A DNA stretch of 64,000 nt from Eledone cirrhosa (lineage: Eukaryota), in contig OZ024741.1 of NCBI GenBank assembly GCA_964016885.1, forward strand, positions 347,076,001 through 347,140,000. Direction: 5' to 3'. Below are positions 55,002 to 64,000 of this stretch, piece after piece. The translations under genes were made by a program, and so were the position numbers. How positions within the stretch are numbered: the stretch's first letter is position 1; the number at the start of each line of letters is the position of its first letter. A model generated the notes under the pieces. It worked only from the letters and a program-made list of their open reading frames with translations, searched no databases and was not told the DNA's origin.

Positions 55002-57685
55002 ATGGATAAACTGGCAACCTTAGCGTCACTGAAGGACATCCCCCTACCTGATAAACGAGAATACACCAGTGATCTCATCAAGAGTACGGACTCCCTCATC
55101 CGTAGGATGAGATGGAAGGCGTTCCACTTCGAAAGAGGAACGCAGAAAACTACAAACACAGAAAACATGGAGTACCTTTTTCGATCAAGGAGGAATCCCC
55201 CCCATAACAGACTAATGGAGGAGTTTGAAAACGAGATGATTAACATCATATCCAACCTCAAATTCTCCGGAAACCCAACCAGAAGTCAGGAGTACCTCAG
55301 ACACCTGAGAAACCGGATTACAGTACTTAAAGGGACAACTGGAATACTTGTCCATGCTGACAAAACAAACAACCTCTACAACATGAACACTGAACTGTAC
55401 AATAAACTAATCCTCAGGGAACTGAGGAAGTGCTACAAAAAAACACCTGGATTTACCCTGGATGAGATCAATGCCACAGCTTACAGGATTATATCCAGAA
55501 TCGGCATAGAGGACAGGACTGCCCCATACCAACCAAGGGAGCCGCGGATTACCCTTAAAGACCACAAGTCAAACTTTGAGTCCGACCTCCCTGTCAGACT
55601 AATAGCCCCCTCCAGATCTGACCTAGGGATCGTCAGTAAAAGAATACTGGATAGGATTTTGCCCAAGCTTCGGAAAAAAACCAAATTACAGCAATGGTCA
55701 TGCACGAGAGAAGCAATAGAATGGTTCAAAATACTGCAGGAGAAAAGTAGGACCAGCTTTATACAACTGGACATCGCAAGCTACTACTCCTCAATCTCAC
55801 CCATAGTACTTAATAAGGCCCTATTTTTAGCGATGTCCAATACGGACCTAACCCGAGAGGAGGTGAGCATCATCCACGCCGAAAGAAAGACCTTAATCCG
55901 CTTCGATGGAGACCTGTGGACCAGGAGTGATTGGCCAAATAACTTTGACATCACGATGGGCTCCAGCGACTCAGCGCAGGTAACGGACCTGGTTGGGCTC
56001 TACCTGCTGAAGCAGATAAAAGATGAAATCCCCTGCCTGGGCGGCGGATTATATCGTGACGATGCTCTATTCACAGTACATGACCACAGTACCAATATGT
56101 TGGAGGGTATGAGGAGGCGTATTCGCCATTTCTTTAAGAACCAGGGGCTCAGCATAGAAATAGACCCAAATAGGAAGGTAGTTAACTTCCTAGACACCAC
56201 CCTAAACCTGAACACCGAGCAATACTACCCCTACCACAAGCCCAACGAGAAACTAGTATATGTTAACGCCAAATCAAACCACCCTAGATCCATAACCAAG
56301 GCAGTGGTGAAGAGTGTCTCGGACAGGATCTCCAGCCTGTCCGCAAGTAAGGAAATATTCAACAACCACGCGGAATATTACAACGCAGCTCTAAAGAAGG
56401 CGGCACATGGACAAAATATAACATATAGTCCGAAAAGCCGGGAGGTGGATAGCCCAACAGACACCCACAACCGCGTTACCAGAGGGGGGAGGGCGAACCC
56501 TAACAATACAAGCAGAGCAAAATCAAATAGGCACCATGTACCAGACACCACCACACGGGCGGTGGGGACTAGTGCGCTTGACCACGAGATGGAGCACAAT
56601 ATGAGTAGCAGTCTCAGGCGTGATGCTAACTACCCCAGGACGGACAACCCCAACCGCAGGACACGTGGGGGGGGGGGGGGGGAAACGGGCGTCAACCCCA
56701 CGATGGATCTCCCGGGTCAGACAACAACCACCCCACAAATCCGGGCCGTGAAGATAACAGAAAGTATAGAGCCCAAAAGGGAAGCAACAGTGCGGAAACC
56801 ACCAGCAAACCAACAAATCTCCAACAAATCACGAAGCCCCCAACCCACACATATAGGAGAAGACACCGACAAATCACGTGGTACAACCCACCCTACTCAG
56901 CGGCCCTAAAGAAAAGCTTGGCCCGATTGTTCTTTGGAGCACTTGACAAATGCTTCCCGAGGGACCACAGATACCACAGGATCTTCAACAGACACACTGT
57001 GAAGCTTTCGTATTCCACCACGAGAAATTTGGCCCAACACATAGCTAGCATCAACAGAAGTAGGCTTAAAAACCACACACAACCAGAAGATGGCAATACA
57101 AACACTCAGCAGAACCATGTGAAAGGAGGGAAGGGGGGACCCAGAGCCCACCCAAGAAACACAAACAGACCCAAGGACCCCCCACCGAGCATGGGGGAAG
57201 ACCAACATGTAACACATAATGAGAACCCTAATCTAAGCACGCAGAGGCCGCCCACCCTCTGCAACTGTAGAAACCCCGAATCATGCCCCCTTGGTAATGA
57301 ATGTCTCAAGAAGAACATAGTGTACGGTTGTAGGGTTAAAACCCCCAACTCCGAACACCTCTACATAGGAGCCACATCAACGAGCTTTAAGGACCGCTGG
57401 TACAACCATCGCCATTCATTCAAGAAGGACGCCAAAAGGAAAAGCACAGCTCTCTCCGACCTGATCTGGAAGCTTAAGCTGGACAGGACCCCATACTCTC
57501 TGGCCTGGTACATAATCAGGAAAGTACCACCCGATAAAGGGGGATCTTGCATATGCAAACTATGCCTGAACGAGACCCTCGAGATACTAAGAGGTGGAAG
57601 CGGCCTGATAAACCTCAGAACCGACTTCTTCGGGACATGCAGACACCTTAGAGCCGGGACCTTTCTCAAAATATATGGACAGTAG
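55002..57685 (+). CDS. Naiad-type RT + GIY-YIG ORF with one frameshift in a poly-G run
   Basis: SLKDIPLP, RRMRWKAFHF, HADKT, LDIASYYSSI, ITMGS, GGLYRDD, WYNPPYS, CNCRNPESCPLGNECL, IVY..YIG, CKLCLNE, CRH. G16 at 56667-56682 corresponds to G7TAGG in the inverted copy. Confidence 0.85.
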
Positions 57686-58879
57686 CAACACAAGAAGATG
57701 TGAACTCCCCTCAAGCTATAGAGACTTCTACAGAACATGAAAACACCTCTCGGCCAGACCTCCCTCAAGCTATATGGACAATTACAACACCCTAGGTTGT
57801 GAACTCCCCTCAAGCCATAGGGAACAACCCAGGCGGAGCAGACACCATGATAGCCTAGAGACAGAATCGGACACAGCCATAATAATCTGGCCAACATCTA
57901 TAACACAAACACTTTTAATTTACCAGATTTCTGACTTTAAAGTTCCAATCTTAAATCCTGATTTCTCTATATTAATTTGTTATTTGTTTTCTGCCCTCTG
58001 CACTGTATAACCTTATATTTATATTTATTTTAAGTTAAGATAGATTATAACACAAACACATTGAATATCTCATCTTAACATCTTGTATCATACCAATTTA
58101 TCCAACATATTCTGACCTTGAGATTGGTTATAGCACACACACACAAACACTTTATCCTACATTATTTCTCACTCTCCATATACATTATCATTACTTTTTC
58201 ACCAATCTCTCATTTACTCTTTATTCTTTATTCTCTATTTATTTATTTATTTTCAAATTACACAAATTATATTAATTATTTTATTTTATTATATTATTTA
58301 TTTATCTTCTGTTTTCTTCATTTATTGCCTTATATTTCTTCATATACATGAAATAACCCCCCCCCCCCCCCGCCACCACCACTACGATGGTGGCGGGTGG
58401 GATGAAGAGAAAACACAAACTGAATACTTCTAAATTGTTAGCAGCAGCAAGATATAAGCTGACCACTACAACAACAACGGTACCAAAATAATGGTGGAGG
58501 TCAAATGTACTGAACAATAGCAGGCATAAACACTACAGGGAGCCTCACCCCATAAAGAATTCTATAGACTTCTGACTGAGGAATGCTCTCAGAACTGAAC
58601 AATGGGAAGTTTGACACATTTTTTGATATTTTGTTCCTTCAACACCTTGTCCCTTCTACCATTTTATCAATTTTTAAGCTAACTCCAACAATGACAACAC
58701 TAATAACTGACCAATGAGAGGAGAAGGGGACCTGTGACACTAAAATTCGTTTGTTTGAATTCATATGACTCCAGTTCCCCAGTGAATTAACAACCCAACA
58801 AGGAACTGGGCATATCAGAGTATTGACAATATCATACACCTAAACAACATATGTACTTGTCTATACCATACTAATTCAA

Positions 58880-58934
58880 ACTGCCTGAAGAGGTCACAGC
58901 CAAAGATGGCTGTCACTGAAATATATATAGCAGT
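58880..58934 (+). ncRNA. Type I hammerhead ribozyme (3' pLTR)
   Basis: Identical motif, 4135 nt from the 5' copy. Confidence 0.85.
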
Positions 58935-59100
58935 AATAAACGAAGCTAAATTTTAACCATTTGACTTTTATTTAACTTTATTTTACACTACTCCGGAGTA
59001 ACCAAACCAACCTGCGCACTTCGTCGAGTGCTCCAGCCTGCATACTGAGGTGTTGGTATACAACCAACATAAACTCAAAATATATATATATATGTATATA

Positions 59101-59241
<141 letters not shown>

Positions 59242-59448
59242 CCAAATATATATTTTCAAAGAGCGCTAATTATATGCAAATCAGAATGTTGAGCGAATGT
59301 ATATATAAGCCAAACAATATATTGTGGGTATTTATATTGTGGGTGTTTATCATCTAACCGTTAGAATGTATACATATATACTCACCTTGTGATGAATATT
59401 AAGTCCGTAAGTGAGTTTATCATTTTTCAATATGATTTTTCAAAGAGT

Positions 59449-59578
59449 TACGGCCCTTTACGATCTGAGTTCAAATCCCGCCGAGGTTAACTTTGCCTTT
59501 CATCCTTACGGGGTCGATAAAATAAAGTACCAGTAATACACTGGTTAATTGCTGGCCTTGTGCCAAAAGTAGAAACAA
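59449..59578 (+). mobile_element. 5'-truncated Nin-type SINE
   Basis: B box plus Nin-type domain. TSD atcatttttcaatatgatt. Confidence 0.85.
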
Positions 59579-59713
59579 TCATTTTTCAATATGATTGAAT
59601 ATTCGTATTTCGGATATGTTTATGTTATAAGAATGTGTATACATATAACTGCATTGGCACACTTTCGGCTACCCACGTTACCTTAAACTTCGGTGCATCT
59701 GATAGTACAATAT

Positions 59714-59810
<97 letters not shown>

Positions 59811-59873
59811 AATATATATATATATATAATTACATTTATGCACACAAACACATACACACGAAAACACACATAA

Positions 59874-59909
<36 letters not shown>

Positions 59910-59965
59910 CTCGTTTCTGAATTTGTTTAGCAAGATTCTTCATCTGAAATCGTGTGTTGAAACCG

Positions 59966-60291
59966 ATATTGTCATACTTTGGGAGGGTCATGTTGCCAAT
60001 AAGAAACACATGATCCAGTTGCTTTCACTTCAATTTATTATATATTTATAAATTTATAAATTTACAAATTTACAAACTTATAAATTTCTGGGTGGTTGGT
60101 TGGTTCCACAACCAGATAGTTGTTTATATATAGTCATAGTCCTTTCCTCACACACTCTGTGACCTCTTCAGTGGCTGAAATTTATAAGTTTGTAAATTTG
60201 TAAATTTATAAATTTATAAATATATAATAAATTGAAGTAAAAGCAACTGGTGCGTGTGTTTCTTATTGGCAACATGACCCTCCCAAAGTAT

Positions 60292-60298
<7 letters not shown>
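59966..60298. repeat. ~120-bp-arm inverted repeat with ~88-bp spacer
   Basis: atattgtcatactttgggagggtcatgttgcc...ataaatttc / gaaatttat...ggcaacatgaccctcccaaagtataacaatat. Confidence 0.85.
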
Positions 60299-60326
<28 letters not shown>

Positions 60327-60416
60327 TATATATATATAATTACATTTATGCACACAAACACATACACACGAAAACACACAGAACACACACACACACACAC
60401 ACATACACACACACAC

Positions 60417-60456
<40 letters not shown>

Positions 60457-60719
60457 CGAATGAGCCTGAGGGAGAAATTGTGGCAATGTTTATATAGATG
60501 AAAGAGCAATCTATATATTGAATCTCTGTCGATATGTCATTTGCATTACTCTTCAAACAAGTAAGTACACAAAATATGATTTCTAAATCTGACTTATGTT
60601 GGACAGCAGTACGTCTCAACTACATAGTGAGACTAGACGAGGGTTGTGACAGATATATATTTACAAAGTCTTGGAACGTGCATGAATGTAAATCGCACAC
60701 ACATTTCAGTATACAGATA

Positions 60720-60806
60720 TAATTGTTTCTACTTTAGGCACAAGGCCAGCAATTATCCAGTTCATTACTGTTACTTTATTTTATCGACCCCGTAAGGATG
60801 AAAGGA
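60720..60806 (-). mobile_element. Short 3' fragment of Nin-type SINE
   Basis: aattgtttctactttaggcacaaggccagc...cgaccccgtaaggatgaaagg. atacagatata is duplicated on both sides. Confidence 0.8.
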
Positions 60807-61089
60807 AATATACAGATATAATGTCCTCTATATATGACAACGCGCGAAAAAACATGCACACATAGACATACACATCCATACATAATTAATCTTTGTGCGA
60901 GTATTCCATCATAAACATACAAACATATATGTGTGAATATAAATATATATGTGTGTACGTGTGTTGTGATGATTTTGTGTGTGCATGGGTGTGTCTGTAC
61001 CTTTATGTGTTTCTGCATGCTCCGGTACATCATGTCTGTATGGTTGTCAATATTCATAACTATATACTATATACTAGAGACGCTTGTGT

Positions 61090-61126
<37 letters not shown>

Positions 61127-61712
61127 TTAAGAAGAACAGAACGAGTTTCACATTTGGGTTTTACTTGATTAGTCTCAGTTATACACTTTTCATAGATTGG
61201 TGGATCCAGACCTATATTATGATTACCGACCTAATAACTCCAGCCACAATCTTCTCATCAGACACGATACTCACGCAAAGCCATCATCTCATAGAGTGCT
61301 AATATTGGTACCTTTCTCAGTAAACGACGAATCTCCTGATACACCTAATATACATACACATAAACACACACATACACACACACACACATATAAATATATA
61401 TATATATATATAAATTGAAACAAAATGAAAACGAAATTTCATTTCTCACTCTTAGTATGGCACTTACTTAAATGCAAGTATGCATGTATACGTACATACA
61501 TATATGTATACAGACGTACAGTAGCATGCACATATATATATATATATACATATATACATACATATGCATACAGGTACACATACATATATGCACGTATCAG
61601 TTTAGCGGCGCTAACGTCGCTTTGTTCGTTTGTAAACAAACTGAACAGCCTGAATTTATGCCATACGGTGTTAAGGCAACCACGTCACCTTTTTGTTCAA
61701 CACTGACACAGG

Positions 61713-61757
61713 AACGATGTACTAGTTTCAAGCTTGTTAGCTATCATCAGCACCGTT
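61713..61757 (-). ncRNA. Type I hammerhead ribozyme, unit 1
   Basis: aacggtg-CTGATGA-t-agct-aaca-agct-t-GAAA-c-ta-g-TA-catcgtt (7-bp stem I with one G-U). Confidence 0.9.
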
Positions 61758-62178
61758 TACCCATCTGCCAGATAGTTGAACGTTCGAAAGTATATACTTT
61801 CCTTATGAAAATTAACGGCTGAGCAGCCTAATTTGCATATTGAGTGAGTTAAATCGGTCAGGCATACCGAAAACGATAAATTGAAACAAAATGAAAACGA
61901 AATTTCATTTCTCACTCTTAGTATGGCACTTACTTAAATGTAAGTATGCATGTATACGTACATACATATATGTATACAGACGTACAGTAGCATGCACATA
62001 TATATATATATATACATATATACATACATATGCATACAGGTACACATACATATATGCACGTATCAGTTTAGCGGCGCTAACGTCGCTTTGTTCGTTTGTA
62101 AACAAACTGAACAGCCTGAATTTATGCCATACGGTGTTAAGGCAACCACGTCACCTTTTTGTTCAACACTGACACAGG

Positions 62179-62223
62179 AACGATGTACTAGTTTCAAGCT
62201 TGTTAGCTATCATCAGCACCGTT
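62179..62223 (-). ncRNA. Type I hammerhead ribozyme, unit 2
   Basis: Identical to unit 1. Confidence 0.9.
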
Positions 62224-62644
62224 TACCCATCTGCCAGATAGTTGAACGTTCGAAAGTATATACTTTCCTTATGAAAATTAACGGCTGAGCAGCCTAATTT
62301 GCATATTGAGTGAGTTAAATTGGTCAGGCATACCGAAAACGATAAATTGAAACAAAATGAAAACGAAATTTCATTTCTCACTCTTAGTATGGCACTTACT
62401 TAAATGTAAGTATGCATGTATACGTACATACATATATGTATACAGACGTACAGTAGCATGCACATATATATATATATATACATATATACATACATATGCA
62501 TACAGGTACACATACATATATGCACGTATCAGTTTAGCGGCGCTAACGTCGCTTTGTTCGTTTGTAAACAAACTGAACAGCCTGAATTTATGCCATACGG
62601 TGTTAAGGCAACCACGTCACCTTTTTGTTCAACACTGACACAGG

Positions 62645-62689
62645 AACGATGTACTAGTTTCAAGCTTGTTAGCTATCATCAGCACCGTT
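62645..62689 (-). ncRNA. Type I hammerhead ribozyme, unit 3
   Basis: Identical to unit 1. Confidence 0.9.
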
Positions 62690-63110
62690 TACCCATCTGC
62701 CAGACAGTTGAACGTTCGAAAGTATATACTTTCCTTATGAAAATTAACGGCTGAGCAGCCTAATTTGCATATTGAGTGAGTTAAATCGGTCAGGCATACC
62801 GAAAACGATAAATTGAAACAAAATGAAAACGAAATTTCATTTCTCACTCTTAGTATGGCACTTACTTAAATGCAAGTATGCATGTATACGTACATACATA
62901 TATGTATACAGACGTACAGTAGCATGCACATATATATATATATATACATATATACATACATATGCATACAGGTACACATACATATATGCACGTATCAGTT
63001 TAGCGGCGCTAACGTCGCTTTGTTCGTTTGTAAACAAACTGAACAGCCTGAATTTATGCCATACGGTGTTAAGGCAACCACGTCACCTTTTTGTTCAACA
63101 CTGACACAGG

Positions 63111-63155
63111 AACGATGTACTAGTTTTAAGCTTGTTAGCTATCATCAGCACCGTT
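63111..63155 (-). ncRNA. Hammerhead, unit 4, with G12>A core mutation (probably inactive)
   Basis: Plus strand reads tagttttaag instead of tagtttcaag (63127 C>T), so GAAA becomes AAAA. Confidence 0.8.
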
Positions 63156-63576
63156 TACCCATCTGCCAGATAGTTGAACGTTCGAAAGTATATACTTTCC
63201 TTATGAAAATTAACGGCTGAGCAGCCTAATTTGCATATTGAGTGAGTTAAATCGGTCAGGCATACCGAAAACGATAAATTGAAACAAAATGAAAACGAAA
63301 TTTCATTTCTCACTCTTAGTATGGCACTTACTTAAATGCAAGTATGCATGTATACGTACATACATATATGTATACAGACGTACAGTAGCATGCACATATA
63401 TATATATATATACATATATACATACATATGCATACAGGTACACATACATATATGCACGTATCAGTTTAGCGGCGCTAACGTCGCTTTGTTCGTTTGTAAA
63501 CAAACTGAACAGCCTGAATTTATGCCATACGGTGTTAAGGCAACCACGTCACCTTTTTGTTCAACACTGACACAGG

Positions 63577-63621
63577 AACGATGTACTAGTTTCAAGCTTG
63601 TTAGCTATCATCAGCACCGTT
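63577..63621 (-). ncRNA. Type I hammerhead ribozyme, unit 5
   Basis: Identical to unit 1. Confidence 0.9.
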
Positions 63622-64000
63622 TACCCATCTGCCAGATAGTTGAACGTTCGAAAGTATATACTTTCCTTATGAAAATTAACGGCTGAGCAGCCTAATTTGC
63701 ATATTGAGTGAGTTAAATCGGTCAGGCATACCGAAAACGATAAATTGAAACAAAATGAAAACGAAATTTCATTTCTCACTCTTAGTATGGCACTTACTTA
63801 AATGTAAGTATGCATGTATACGTACATACATATATGTATACAGACGTACAGTAGCATGCACATATATATATATATATACATATATACATACATATGCATA
63901 CAGGTACACATACATATATGCACGTATCAGTTTAGCGGCGCTAACGTCGCTTTGTTCGTTTGTAAACAAACTGAACAGCCTGAATTTATGCCATACGGTG

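Larger units (their letters stand above)
51116..59080 (+). mobile_element. Young Naiad-type PLE: inverted 3' copy plus pLTR-ORF-pLTR partial tandem
   Basis: Inverted pLTR and ORF 3' part at 51116-53764 (-); 5' pLTR 53765-54946; ORF 55002-57685; 3' UTR/pLTR 57686-59080. (TA)n at both ends. Confidence 0.95.
61410..64000 (-). repeat. 466-bp tandem array (at least 5.5 near-identical units), one hammerhead per unit; retrozyme-like
   Basis: Unit starts at 61411, 61877, 62343, 62809, 63275 and 63741. Only a few SNPs between units. Starts at a (TA)n tract and runs off the window. Confidence 0.95.

Noticed and set aside
61425-63969. Repeated 93-, 112/116- and 66-aa ORFs in the tandem array
   Set aside because: They run through TA/CA microsatellite-like sequence, show no domain, and are not conserved in the relatives at 8781 and 25945. 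They recur only because the unit repeats.
61410-64000. CRISPR-like array
   Set aside because: Units are identical along their whole length with no unique spacers, and the context is eukaryotic.

Overview
AT-rich, microsatellite-laden animal DNA, almost certainly octopus given its tRNA-derived Nin-domain and CORE SINEs. No convincing host gene is present. The window is dominated by Penelope-like retroelements (PLEs): one decayed Neptune-type copy (466-5096) and three Naiad-type copies (13562-18185, 37937-44492, 51116-59080). All sit in (TA)n or adjacent microsatellites, and their pLTRs carry type I hammerhead ribozymes (HHRs). The window also has a Tx1/L1-clade LINE inside (TATC)n, RTE, mariner and probable Helitron fragments, SINEs and several TA-flanked palindromes. 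The main finding is a non-coding 466-bp tandem array (61410 to window end) with one type I hammerhead per unit. Two diverged relatives (8781-9467, 25945-26292) keep the ribozyme by compensatory base changes and end at the same point next to (TA)n. This looks like a retrozyme-like, PLE-mobilised family that may make circular RNA. About 20 HHR motifs, including U3-A8 and C4 core variants, were read by eye. All structures and family assignments are manual and were not computed.
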